From Acholeplasma sp. (GTDB lineage: Bacteria > Bacillota_I > Bacilli_A > Acholeplasmatales > UBA5453): a stretch of DNA of 64,000 bases. The first letter of the stretch is position 1, and each line of letters opens with the position of its first letter. The notes beneath the pieces were generated by a model. The model had not been told where the DNA came from. It ran no database searches and worked only from the letters and a program-made list of their open reading frames with translations. The position numbers and the translations under genes are program-made. The stretch is from the NCBI GenBank assembly GCA_036677365.1, contig JAVBWN010000030.1, positions 32,001 through 96,000 on the forward strand, written 5' to 3'. Positions 37,966-47,922 of the stretch are shown piece by piece.

Positions 37966-39309
37966 ATGAATAAAGTACGTGTTAGATACGCACCAAGTCC
38001 TACCGGGCTATTACACATAGGTAACGCCAGAACAGCGATTTTCAACTATTTGTTTGCGAGAAGCCGCGGGGGCGATTTTTTAATTCGAATTGAAGATACC
38101 GACGTTAAAAGAAATGTCATCGGTGGTGAAGCTTCACAGCTAGATAACCTCAGATGGTTGGGTCTAGATTGGGATGAATCCCCAGATAAGGGAGGTCCTT
38201 ATGGCCCTTATAGACAATTGGAACGTTTGGATTTATATAAAGAGTATGCAGAAAAACTATTAGACATGGGCATGGCGTATAAGGAATACAAAGAAGGTTC
38301 AAATAAGTATGCCATCCGCTTCAAAGTACCGGCCGATAAAGAGTATGTCTTCAATGACATGGTTAGAGGCACCCTTAGATTTCAATCCAAAGAAGTTGAA
38401 GACTGGATAATGATCAAAGACAACGGCATCCCAACCTACAATTTCGCTGTGGTCATCGACGACCATTTTATGAAAATTACCCACATTTTAAGAGGGGAAG
38501 AACACATCACCAATACACCGAAGCAAATGATGGTGTATGAAGCCTTTGGTTGGGACATTCCGATGTTTGGACACATGACCATCATCGTCAATGAAAAGAA
38601 AAAGAAACTGTCCAAACGTGACCAATCGATTGTTCAGTTCATCTCACAATACCGCGAATTAGGTTACTTACCTGAAGCGATGCTCAACTTCATTGCTTTG
38701 TTGGGATGGAGCCCTGCTGTCAACCAAGAAATTTTATCCAAAGAAGATATCATCAATCACTTTGATTCATCACGTTTATCCAAAGCGCCAGCGATGTTTG
38801 ACGTGGTTAAACTTGCGTATATCAACAAAGAATATGTCAAGAAAATGTCTCCTGAAGCATTCGTTGAACTATGCAAACCACACCTCGAAAAAGCAGGCAT
38901 CGATGTCAGCAATCCGGTTTGGGTCGCTGATTTATGCAGTCTATTACATGAGAGAACGGCTTACGGTGCACAAATCGTCGAACTACATCACGCATTCTTC
39001 CATGGGTCATTTGAAATTGAACCTGAAGCTTTGGAGTTCTTAAAATCCGAAGATACATTACAAGTCATCAAAGCGTTTAAGAAACAACTTACGATGAGTA
39101 ATTTCAATGCAGATGACATCAAAGAATCGATCAAAGATGTAGGCAAACGATTGAATGTCAAAGGTAAATCCTTATTCATGCCATGTCGTATCGCAACCAC
39201 CGGCGCGATGCACGGCCCTGATTTACCAAAATCCTTGTCGTTATTAGGCAAAGAAGTCGCAATCAGCCGTATCAATAAAACTATAGAAATATTGGAGAAT
39301 AAAGCATGA
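37966..39309 (+). CDS. gltX: Glutamate--tRNA ligase
   Basis: RYAPSPTG.LHIGN, RIEDTD, RGEEH, KLSKR; promoter TTGTAA-17-TATAAT (37912-37940) supports start 37966. Confidence 0.97.
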   Translation: MNKVRVRYAPSPTGLLHIGNARTAIFNYLFARSRGGDFLIRIEDTDVKRNVIGGEASQLDNLRWLGLDWDESPDKGGPYGPYRQLERLDLYKEYAEKLLDMGMAYKEYKEGSNKYAIRFKVPADKEYVFNDMVRGTLRFQSKEVEDWIMIKDNGIPTYNFAVVIDDHFMKITHILRGEEHITNTPKQMMVYEAFGWDIPMFGHMTIIVNEKKKKLSKRDQSIVQFISQYRELGYLPEAMLNFIALLGWSPAVNQEILSKEDIINHFDSSRLSKAPAMFDVVKLAYINKEYVKKMSPEAFVELCKPHLEKAGIDVSNPVWVADLCSLLHERTAYGAQIVELHHAFFHGSFEIEPEALEFLKSEDTLQVIKAFKKQLTMSNFNADDIKESIKDVGKRLNVKGKSLFMPCRIATTGAMHGPDLPKSLSLLGKEVAISRINKTIEILENKA

Positions 39310-40961
39310 AAAAAGTCCTAACAATCATCGCATTTGTGTTAACACTCTTTATCCTTGCAGGTTGTAATGCAAAATCGGATGTTAAAATTTCGATTAAAAA
39401 TGTGACCCCCGCAAGAACCACCATTTATATGGAATTCGATGTGGAAGACCCTAAAGAAGAAATCACAGAAGATGGCATCGTCGTTGTGCTTTATTACTTA
39501 GGTAATGAAGTTACACGTAAAGCACCGACCTATGCCAACGAAGTGACATCGATCATTTTTGAAGGCTTATCCGTTGGTTATAAATACACATTCAATGTCT
39601 TCGCAACCTATGGTGGAAAAGCCCACAAAATGGCCTCCGGTGAAGCAACCACAACCACAGAAGGTGGCAGCGCAACCGAACCAAAACTCATTTCAACCAT
39701 TCAAGATTTTCTTAACATTCCAAACGATTTAACAGCGTTCTATCGTTTAGAAAATGATTTGGATTTTGAAGGTGCATCCTTCCAAAACCCATTTGGTTCG
39801 AAACAATTCGCAGGTAATTTTGATGGTAATAATAAGACCATTAAAAATATGAAGATGGACTTAACCACCACTTATATTGGACTCTTTGGGTATAACCGTG
39901 GTACGATTAAGAATTTAACGGTTGAAAATGTCACGATTGACTTTAAAACAAGCACACAAAATATTGGCATCATCGCTGGTAAAAACGCAGGGTTGATTGA
40001 AAATGTTACTTTGAAAAATTCCAGCATCGCTGCTGAGTTCTCAAGAACGGGACAAATCTATATTGGCGGCATCACTGGGCTATCTGAGACCGGGGGAAGA
40101 TTGACCAATATCACCATTGAAAATGTCGATTTAAACTTAGCCATCACGGGTCGTACAGAACCTCATGTGGGGCTATTGGTAGGTAGAGCCCAAGCGACTC
40201 AAGTAACTGAGGCGAGCGCATCCGGTTCAATCTTGGTTTCATCGATGGACGTTACAAACGTTGGTGGACTCATCGGAAAAATTGAAAACGTTGGACTCAG
40301 TGGATCCTCAGTGACCAACGCGAACGCGAATGTCGATATCGAAGTGGATGTCAATGTAACCACAACCACCACCAACGACACCGCACAAGGCGTGTATGTC
40401 GGTGGTCTATTGGGTACCTCGATTGGCACCAATGTCAACAGCGTTTACGCAAATGGTGAAATTCTAATCACCCGTGTTTCTAACACATCCACAAATAACC
40501 GTTCAGACGATGAACTATCGGTTGGCGGCTTGGTAGGCTTCACCACATCCTCAGTCATCAATGCTTACGCAGACGTTGAAATCACCGTGGGTAGTGCCAC
40601 TGAAGTGACCATCATATCTTTTGAAAAGATCTTTGTTGGCGGCTTGGCTGGTATCCAACTGGGCGGCGAACGTTTAGACAAAGCAGTTTACATTGGCGCA
40701 TCGATTCTAATCTATCCAGGAACGACAGGTACGTTACAAGCATCAGTTGTAGTGGGCAATATGAATCCAAATAAAGCCGCAACAGTAGGAAATGTAGATT
40801 TTAGAATCAGTGGTATAATGGCTTCCCATGGAAGAGTTGTTATTGTGAATGGCGATATATTAACTGCAGCAGGAAGTGCGGTTGAAGTCGTTACTTTTGA
40901 ATCCCTACAAACGTATTTCACAAGCACATATATTTTAGAAACTTTAATTTTCAACGAATAA
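39306..40961 (+). CDS. Surface lipoprotein with FN3-like domain and GLUG/beta-helix repeats
   Basis: Lipobox LAGC; F.GNFDGNNKTI.N; repeated (V/I)GG(L/I)xG motifs. Confidence 0.8.
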   Translation: MKKVLTIIAFVLTLFILAGCNAKSDVKISIKNVTPARTTIYMEFDVEDPKEEITEDGIVVVLYYLGNEVTRKAPTYANEVTSIIFEGLSVGYKYTFNVFATYGGKAHKMASGEATTTTEGGSATEPKLISTIQDFLNIPNDLTAFYRLENDLDFEGASFQNPFGSKQFAGNFDGNNKTIKNMKMDLTTTYIGLFGYNRGTIKNLTVENVTIDFKTSTQNIGIIAGKNAGLIENVTLKNSSIAAEFSRTGQIYIGGITGLSETGGRLTNITIENVDLNLAITGRTEPHVGLLVGRAQATQVTEASASGSILVSSMDVTNVGGLIGKIENVGLSGSSVTNANANVDIEVDVNVTTTTTNDTAQGVYVGGLLGTSIGTNVNSVYANGEILITRVSNTSTNNRSDDELSVGGLVGFTTSSVINAYADVEITVGSATEVTIISFEKIFVGGLAGIQLGGERLDKAVYIGASILIYPGTTGTLQASVVVGNMNPNKAATVGNVDFRISGIMASHGRVVIVNGDILTAAGSAVEVVTFESLQTYFTSTYILETLIFNE

Positions 40962-40968
40962 TACATAC

Positions 40969-41002
40969 AAATGTTACGACCTATAATCGTAACATTTTTT
41001 TT
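40969..41002 (+). terminator. Intrinsic terminator
   Basis: AAATGTTACGA-cctataa-TCGTAACATTT-TTTTT. Confidence 0.85.
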
Positions 41003-41104
41003 GGAATCATATAGGGCTATAAAAATATATAAATAGTTTTATATATTTCATGACTTGCATAAAAAAAACAATGAAGTATAATGACATCAAAGAGGTGATT
41101 CTTT

Positions 41105-42925
41105 ATGAAAATTTCGAAAACTGGTTTTACCAACATCATCCGTTGTAGCCGTTATGGTGCACTCGAAGAGATTTATCGTAAAAAAGGTGAAGCGATTGTC
41201 ACATTTTCTGAGGATATGGATGATCTGATGACAGCAGAAAACACCATCAAACGCGATGAGTTATTAAATGACATGTATGAAGGTGATGAAGACCTCATCG
41301 TGAAGGATGACAAACAACTCAATGTCATGATGACTTATTACAACGCCATTGAAGGTTTAACAGCCAAAGCGGTTAGAAACCAATTCCGTGGGTCATTCCA
41401 ATTCAATATGCTAGACACTTATAAGCAAAAACGTTTTGAAATGGAAAAAGATGGGTATCATTTTTATTGCTTCTTAGACGGTTTCTTACAACAAGAAGAT
41501 GGGTTTAAAGTCTTCGAAACCAAAGCGACCACCTCACGCAAATATTTAGACATGACCCACGACAAGGAATCCATGTTCGCCTTTTCACCTGAGGGCATTT
41601 TGATGCTCACCAAGGATTTGGGATTCCCAACAGATGACAAATACGAAAAGAAACTTCAAAAACTATTTGATCGATATTCGGATGAAGGCAGATATGTCTA
41701 TGACCTTGCATTTCAAAGATACATCATCGAACATAGTAAAGACGCACCATCTGGTAAACAAGGCTATTATTTAGCCGTTCTGAATAAAGACTATATATTC
41801 GATGGCAAGTACGATGAAAACAATCAACCTGTCTATGGGACAGACATCATGGTGATGGTTGATTTCACATCGATCACCGAACGTTACATGCCGATTATTG
41901 AAGCAGACATGGAAAAAGTCATAGCCTATTTAAACCATATGAATGCAAACCCTGTAGATTTAGGCAAACATTGTCAAAGAAAAGACCGTAAACAATGTCA
42001 GTTTTTCGACATCTGTTGGTCCAAAGTCCCAGAAAAAAACAGCATCCTCACCTACCTCAATAACCACAATGGATTCACCGATGAATATGGTGAAAAAAAA
42101 GACCGATATGACTTGATCAACGCAGGGATTGTGAATGCCTTAGACATCCCAGAATCTTGGCTAAAACGCGAAAATAACATCATTCAAAGACGCGTCATCG
42201 AAGACCAAATCCCTTATTACAACCATCGAAAAATCCGTGAAGGGATCTTAGAGTTAAGGTACCCCATTTACCATCTAGACTTCGAATCCTTCCCATGTCC
42301 ATTGCCTCGATTTAAAGGCGAAGGGCCTTATATGCAATCTCTATTTCAGTTTTCCATCCATGTAGAACACAAGCCCAATGTCTGTGATAAGGATCTCGAT
42401 AATTATGCATTTTTAGCGACCGACCACAGCGACCATCGAGAGGCTTTAATACAAAAGATGATCGACGTCATTAAACCCGATGGTGGGTCGGTATTGGTCT
42501 ATAACATCGCTTTTGAGAAAACCCGTATACACGAGTTAGCTAGGCTATTTCCTGCTTATAAGGATAGACTCATCGATATCGCGGACCGCTTATTTGACTT
42601 GATGGACATCGTTAAAGGCAACACGAAATTATACAAGAACCTTGGGTACGATGAAGAAGAAGCGAAAAAAATCAATTATTATCATAACGATTTAAATGGG
42701 TCGTATTCGATTAAGAAAGTCCTCCCATTATTCTCAAATCTAACCTACAAAGGGATGCCAGTCGCTAACGGGAATGACGCGATTGTTCAGTATGCCCAAT
42801 TGCCATTATATGACCCAGCAACGAAGGAAAGAGTGAAAAAAGACATGCTCGAATATTGTAAACAAGATACGTGGGCGATGGTCGAAATACTCCAACAATT
42901 GAGGACGATTGCTTCCGTTAGGTAA
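41105..42925 (+). CDS. DUF2779-domain putative nuclease (PD-(D/E)XK + RNase H-like DEDDy)
   Basis: LDG...FETKATT, YDLAFQRY, HC.......C.....C, LDFES, FQFSIH, YNIAFEK, GSYSIKKVLP, YCKQDT. Confidence 0.85.
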   Translation: MKISKTGFTNIIRCSRYGALEEIYRKKGEAIVTFSEDMDDLMTAENTIKRDELLNDMYEGDEDLIVKDDKQLNVMMTYYNAIEGLTAKAVRNQFRGSFQFNMLDTYKQKRFEMEKDGYHFYCFLDGFLQQEDGFKVFETKATTSRKYLDMTHDKESMFAFSPEGILMLTKDLGFPTDDKYEKKLQKLFDRYSDEGRYVYDLAFQRYIIEHSKDAPSGKQGYYLAVLNKDYIFDGKYDENNQPVYGTDIMVMVDFTSITERYMPIIEADMEKVIAYLNHMNANPVDLGKHCQRKDRKQCQFFDICWSKVPEKNSILTYLNNHNGFTDEYGEKKDRYDLINAGIVNALDIPESWLKRENNIIQRRVIEDQIPYYNHRKIREGILELRYPIYHLDFESFPCPLPRFKGEGPYMQSLFQFSIHVEHKPNVCDKDLDNYAFLATDHSDHREALIQKMIDVIKPDGGSVLVYNIAFEKTRIHELARLFPAYKDRLIDIADRLFDLMDIVKGNTKLYKNLGYDEEEAKKINYYHNDLNGSYSIKKVLPLFSNLTYKGMPVANGNDAIVQYAQLPLYDPATKERVKKDMLEYCKQDTWAMVEILQQLRTIASVR

Positions 42926-43018
42926 TCCCTATATAAAGGGATTGTCTAATGATTTATAAGGGTCTATGCTTGTATTTATATACAATTTCAACTATAATTT
43001 ATCTAATGAGGTGAAACC

Positions 43019-44332
43019 TTGAATATTTTTAATTCCTTATCAGGAAAAGAAGAACTCTTTACCCCTGAAAAACCCAATGAAATCTCAATATATGTGTGCG
43101 GACCTACTGTATACAACTATATTCATATCGGCAACGCTAGACCAGTTGTTTTTTTCGATGTTGTTAAACGTTATTTCAAATACCTTGGCTATAAGGTGAC
43201 TTATGTTTCAAACATAACCGATGTGGATGATAAAATCATCGATGAAGCACAAAAGCTGAATATCGATGAAAAAGTCTTGACACAAACCTTCACAGAAGCG
43301 TTCATCAAAGACACGTTGGCACTGGGTAGTGATCTACCAGATTTGATGCCTAAAGCAACCAACTACATCACGGATATGATTTTTTACATCAATGATTTGA
43401 TCGAAAAAGGGTATGCATATCACCAAGGTGACTCGGTCTATTTTAGAGTCCAAAAAATTGGTAATTATGGCGCTTTATCGAAACAAGTTCTTGAAAACCT
43501 CAATGTTGGGGCGAGAATCGATGTCGATCAACAAAAAGAAACCCCGTTTGATTTTACCTTATGGAAACAAACCCAGGTTGGAATCGCTTTTGATTCGCCA
43601 TGGGGAAAAGGCAGACCCGGCTGGCACACCGAATGTGCGGTCATGAACCATTCGATTTTTAACCATAAAATAGATATCCATGGGGGTGGCTCGGATTTAA
43701 AATTCCCACACCACGAAAATGAAATGGCACAAAGTTGCGCCCATGACAATCACGAATTGGCCAACACTTGGATGCACGTTGGACGTCTGGATTTTGGTAG
43801 TGAAAAAATGAGTAAATCGATTGGAAATATCATCTTAGTCAAAGACCTACTTGAAAATTATGAGTACCAGTCCTATCGACTCTTATTGTTATCCCACCAT
43901 TACCGTCAACCCATCAATTACTCGGATGATTTGATGAAGCAATTCGACAACGAATGGCAACGCATCAAACGTGCGATGAAACAAGCCTTTGTCGATATTT
44001 CCATCCAAAGGTATTCCACCGTTGAAGTGAATTTGGATGCTTTAGAGAAATTCAGACAGGCGATGGATGATGATTTCAATATTTCAAACGTCATGACGGT
44101 TGTGTATGAAGCACTTAAGTCAATGAACCGCTCTAAGGACATCAAAGAAATCGCCCGCCATTACCATACCATCACACTGATCTTATCCGTTTTAGGCATT
44201 AAGATGGACTTATTGCCATTATCTGATGAGCAAATTGAACGCTACCAAGCGTGGCAACAAGCGCGTGCAGAAAAACGTTACAGTGATGCCGACCGTATCC
44301 GTATGGAACTTGTGGATTTGGGATTACTATAA
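43019..44332 (+). CDS. cysS: Cysteine--tRNA ligase
   Basis: YVCGPTVY, HIGNARP, GRPGWHTEC, DLKFPHHENE, KMSKS; TTG start after GAGGTG; promoter TTGTAT-17-TATAAT (42970-42998). Confidence 0.97.
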   Translation: MNIFNSLSGKEELFTPEKPNEISIYVCGPTVYNYIHIGNARPVVFFDVVKRYFKYLGYKVTYVSNITDVDDKIIDEAQKLNIDEKVLTQTFTEAFIKDTLALGSDLPDLMPKATNYITDMIFYINDLIEKGYAYHQGDSVYFRVQKIGNYGALSKQVLENLNVGARIDVDQQKETPFDFTLWKQTQVGIAFDSPWGKGRPGWHTECAVMNHSIFNHKIDIHGGGSDLKFPHHENEMAQSCAHDNHELANTWMHVGRLDFGSEKMSKSIGNIILVKDLLENYEYQSYRLLLLSHHYRQPINYSDDLMKQFDNEWQRIKRAMKQAFVDISIQRYSTVEVNLDALEKFRQAMDDDFNISNVMTVVYEALKSMNRSKDIKEIARHYHTITLILSVLGIKMDLLPLSDEQIERYQAWQQARAEKRYSDADRIRMELVDLGLL

Positions 44333-44715
44333 TGGAAGCACATTTGATCAATGGGGTTGCTTTAGCGTACATCGGTGATGCGTATTATGAATTACGTATC
44401 CGAAAGTATTTGTTGTCTTTGGGTATCACCAAAGTGAATGAATTACATAAATCAGCCATTAAATATACCGCAGGGGCAGTTCAAGCCAACTTGATGGATA
44501 CTTTCATCGAAAGAAATCTATTGACAGAAACAGAAATCAACTATTTTAAAAAAGGTCGTAACGCGTCTGGCCCAGGTCGTAAAAATATCGATATGGCTAC
44601 ATACCATAAATCGACAGGGTTCGAGTCAATGATGGGGTATTTATACTTAACAGATATCCATCGTTGTGATCAATTGATAGACCAAGCCATTCAAATCTTA
44701 TCAGAAAAGGTGTGA
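44332..44715 (+). CDS. mrnC: Mini-ribonuclease III
   Basis: LAYIGDAYYEL, KGRN, YHKSTGFESMMGYLY; after cysS. Confidence 0.93.
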   Translation: MEAHLINGVALAYIGDAYYELRIRKYLLSLGITKVNELHKSAIKYTAGAVQANLMDTFIERNLLTETEINYFKKGRNASGPGRKNIDMATYHKSTGFESMMGYLYLTDIHRCDQLIDQAIQILSEKV

Positions 44716-47186
44716 TTCCATTGGAAGACATTAAACCAAGAAAGAAAACCAAAAAAGAATTGAGAAATGTCGTTGAAGTGGTTAGAGTGAACCCTGAAAT
44801 TGAACAGGGGTTAACTTACCAACAAGTCGAAGAAAGGATTTTGGCTGGATTATCCAACAAAGTATCCTCAGGGTCGACAAAAACCGTGCCTTCAATCATC
44901 ATCTCCAACATCATGACGTTATTCAACCTCATGAATATTGGGATTGCGACATGGCTCATCACGGTCGGTGCTTTTAAGGACCTGTTTTTCATTGTGATTG
45001 TATCTTTAAACGTGGGTATTGGTATTTTCCAAGAAATTAGAGCGAAGAAAACCATCGATAAATTATCGTTATTGTCCGCACCGACAGGTGTGGTTTTACG
45101 CGATGGCGAAGAACAAGAAATCATGATTTCCGACTTGGTCATCGACGATTTGATGAATCTCACCACAGGCAAACAAATCAGTGCTGACTCTGTGGTTAGA
45201 GAAGGACAAATCGAAGTCAATGAATCTTTGTTAACCGGGGAGTCTGATCCGATTGTTAAAAAAGTAGGTGACGATTTATTTTCTGGGTCGTTTGTGGTTT
45301 CAGGGCATTGTATTGCCCAAGTGACCAAAATAGGTAAAGAATCTTATATAGAAAACCTAGCTAAACAAGCCAAGAAATACCGTAAACCAAAATCGGATTT
45401 ATTAAAATCATTAAGAAACATCATCCGTACCGTTGGGTTTTTAATCATCCCAATTGGTGGGACTTTATTCTATATGCAACTCCATGGGGGTGCAGCTTAT
45501 AATGATGCTGTTCGAGGCGTCGCTGGCGCGGTCATCGGGATGATTCCATCCGGATTATTCCTGCTCACCTCTGTCACATTGGCGGTTGGGGTGCTCAGAC
45601 TTGCTCAAAACAATACCCTGGTTCAAGAACTCTACTGTATTGAGATGTTGGCGCGTATCGATACTTTGTGCCTAGACAAAACAGGTACAATCACAGATGG
45701 GACAATGGCAGTTAAAAACGTCATTGAATATGTCAACCCATCGGGGTTACCAATAAAAAAAGCCATCCCAACGATGATGGCATCACTCGAAGAAAAGAAT
45801 TTAACCTCTGAAGCTTTGGAACAAAAATTTGGGACGACCAAACGCATTAAAACCAAGGCCATCATTCCATTTTCAAGTGCGAGAAAACTGTCCGCGGTAG
45901 AATTTGAAAAGTATGGTACATTCGCTTTAGGCGCACCTGAGTTTGTCTTGAAAAAAGACGCTTACTTAGAAGTGGCTGCCGATGTTGAAAAGAATGCCAA
46001 AGAAGGTTACCGCGTCATCGCGATTGCCCACTCTGCGCAGTCAATCGATGGCGATAAATTGCCAGCAGACATCAAAGCGATTGGTTTGGTGGTCATCGAA
46101 GATACCATCCGTCCGGATGCGATTCTAACGATTGAGTATTTTAAAACCCACAACGTGGATGTCAAGGTCATCTCTGGGGACAACCCAATGACCGTGGCAC
46201 ACATATCCAAACGTGCAGGGATCACCGACGCCGATAAATTCATCAGTCTTGAAGGGGTATCGGACAAAGATGTCATCCGCTTCGCTGATAAATATACCGT
46301 ATTTGGCCGTGTTTCACCTTCTCAGAAAAAACTGCTCATCGAATCCTTGAAACGAAGCGGCAGAACCGTCGCGATGACAGGCGATGGTGTCAATGATATT
46401 TTAGCGTTAAAAGAAGCGGATACATCCATCGCGATGGCTTCTGGTAGTGAAGCGGCGCGTAACGTTTCTCACTTAGTCTTGATGGACTCCAATTTCTCAT
46501 CGATGCCTAAGGTTGTAAATGAAGGCCGTAGGGTCATCAACAACGTTCAAAGGGTTGCCATTCTATTCTTAACCAAAACCATTTTCTCATTCATGTTATC
46601 GATGGTTGCGATATTGTCTAGAGGTATTTATCCAATCACCCCTTCACAGTTGTCGATGATTGACTTCTTAGTCATCGGGTTACCATCGTTCTTCCTAGCG
46701 CTTGAACCCAACACCAATCAAGTCAAGGGACGTTTCTTACTCAACGTTTTAAAACGTGCGTTGCCGGGTGCATTGGTAGTTGTCATTAACGTTTTGATCA
46801 TATTTGCTTTAACCCCAATTTTACAAATTGATAAAACCCAATCATCCACTTTAATTGTCATTTCTGCGACATTTACAGCGATGATGGTATTATTGCGTGT
46901 GCTTAGACCGATGAATGCGGTTCGAACGTCGCTCTTCGTAGTGATGTTTACAGCGTTCATTGCTGCCACCATATTTGCACCAGATTTCTTTGAGTTTAAC
47001 TCATTCTTTAGAGATTATTATTCATCCTCTACTGGGGCCTTGGTACCAAGATTACCTGTAGAACACATCTTGTTGTTGATTGTGTTAGTTCAAACCGCTT
47101 ATCCTGCGATGGGTATCATCGCCAATATTCCAGGGTACATTTCAAAAGCCATTAAATTTGTCTTGATGAAATTATCCAGCATTTAA
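44712..47186 (+). CDS. P-type ATPase, CtpE-like
   Basis: LTGES, DKTGT, ISGDN, FGRVSP.QK, TGDGVND. Confidence 0.92.
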   Translation: MIPLEDIKPRKKTKKELRNVVEVVRVNPEIEQGLTYQQVEERILAGLSNKVSSGSTKTVPSIIISNIMTLFNLMNIGIATWLITVGAFKDLFFIVIVSLNVGIGIFQEIRAKKTIDKLSLLSAPTGVVLRDGEEQEIMISDLVIDDLMNLTTGKQISADSVVREGQIEVNESLLTGESDPIVKKVGDDLFSGSFVVSGHCIAQVTKIGKESYIENLAKQAKKYRKPKSDLLKSLRNIIRTVGFLIIPIGGTLFYMQLHGGAAYNDAVRGVAGAVIGMIPSGLFLLTSVTLAVGVLRLAQNNTLVQELYCIEMLARIDTLCLDKTGTITDGTMAVKNVIEYVNPSGLPIKKAIPTMMASLEEKNLTSEALEQKFGTTKRIKTKAIIPFSSARKLSAVEFEKYGTFALGAPEFVLKKDAYLEVAADVEKNAKEGYRVIAIAHSAQSIDGDKLPADIKAIGLVVIEDTIRPDAILTIEYFKTHNVDVKVISGDNPMTVAHISKRAGITDADKFISLEGVSDKDVIRFADKYTVFGRVSPSQKKLLIESLKRSGRTVAMTGDGVNDILALKEADTSIAMASGSEAARNVSHLVLMDSNFSSMPKVVNEGRRVINNVQRVAILFLTKTIFSFMLSMVAILSRGIYPITPSQLSMIDFLVIGLPSFFLALEPNTNQVKGRFLLNVLKRALPGALVVVINVLIIFALTPILQIDKTQSSTLIVISATFTAMMVLLRVLRPMNAVRTSLFVVMFTAFIAATIFAPDFFEFNSFFRDYYSSSTGALVPRLPVEHILLLIVLVQTAYPAMGIIANIPGYISKAIKFVLMKLSSI

Positions 47187-47218
47187 AGTAAAAATTTGGT
47201 CGAGGGGGTATATATATA

Positions 47219-47914
47219 ATGATCATTTACGGTAAAAACACAGTAAAAGAAGCGATTCTTGCTAAAAGACCCGTCTACCAAGTATGGCTCGATGAAAAGA
47301 AAACAGATTTTAAATGGGTACCATTTCTCAATGAGCACCAAATCAAGTACCAGTTGGTATCCAAACATCAACTAAACGAAAAAACCGACAATCAAAACCA
47401 TCAAGGGATCGTGGCGGATGTCAAACCTTATGAATACGCCGATTTGAATGTGCTATTCGATGGTTTAAAGAAAAAAGTATTGATTCTAGACCAAATCGAA
47501 GACCCACACAATTTAGGTGCGATTTTAAGAAGTGTAGAAGCAACCAAAATCGATGCCGTGATTCTTCCGAAGAATCGTAGTGTTGACATCACAGGAACAG
47601 TAGCGAAAACCGCCGTTGGCGCGTTAGAATACACCACCCTCATCCAAGTGACCAACCTCACTCAAACCATTGAAAAACTCAAACAACACGGTTTTTGGGT
47701 CGTTGGTACAGACATGGTGGCGGATAAGACATATAAGGATATCGACACCTCTACTTCAGTAGCGGTGGTGATTGGAAATGAAGGTGAAGGTATTTCAAGA
47801 CTTGTGAAACAGTCTTGTGATTACTTGGTCACCATCCCGATGATTGGAAAGGTAAACTCATTAAATGCCAGTGTTGCCGCGGCACTGATATTATATAAGC
47901 TTGCAGAACTTTAG
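47219..47914 (+). CDS. rlmB: 23S rRNA G2251 2'-O-methyltransferase
   Basis: HQGIVA, DPHNLGAILRS, GNEGEG, IPM.G.VNSLNASVA. Confidence 0.95.
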   Translation: MIIYGKNTVKEAILAKRPVYQVWLDEKKTDFKWVPFLNEHQIKYQLVSKHQLNEKTDNQNHQGIVADVKPYEYADLNVLFDGLKKKVLILDQIEDPHNLGAILRSVEATKIDAVILPKNRSVDITGTVAKTAVGALEYTTLIQVTNLTQTIEKLKQHGFWVVGTDMVADKTYKDIDTSTSVAVVIGNEGEGISRLVKQSCDYLVTIPMIGKVNSLNASVAAALILYKLAEL

Positions 47915-47922
47915 GAGGATAC

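Noticed and set aside
41105..42925. Calling the DUF2779 gene a CRISPR cas4
   Set aside because: No cas1/cas2 or repeat-spacer array nearby, and it carries an extra exonuclease domain.
42926..43018. Cys T-box before cysS, and the TTGTAT-ttat-ATACAA inverted repeat as an operator
   Set aside because: Spacer too short and no T-box consensus; the repeat is short, AT-rich and coincides with the -35.
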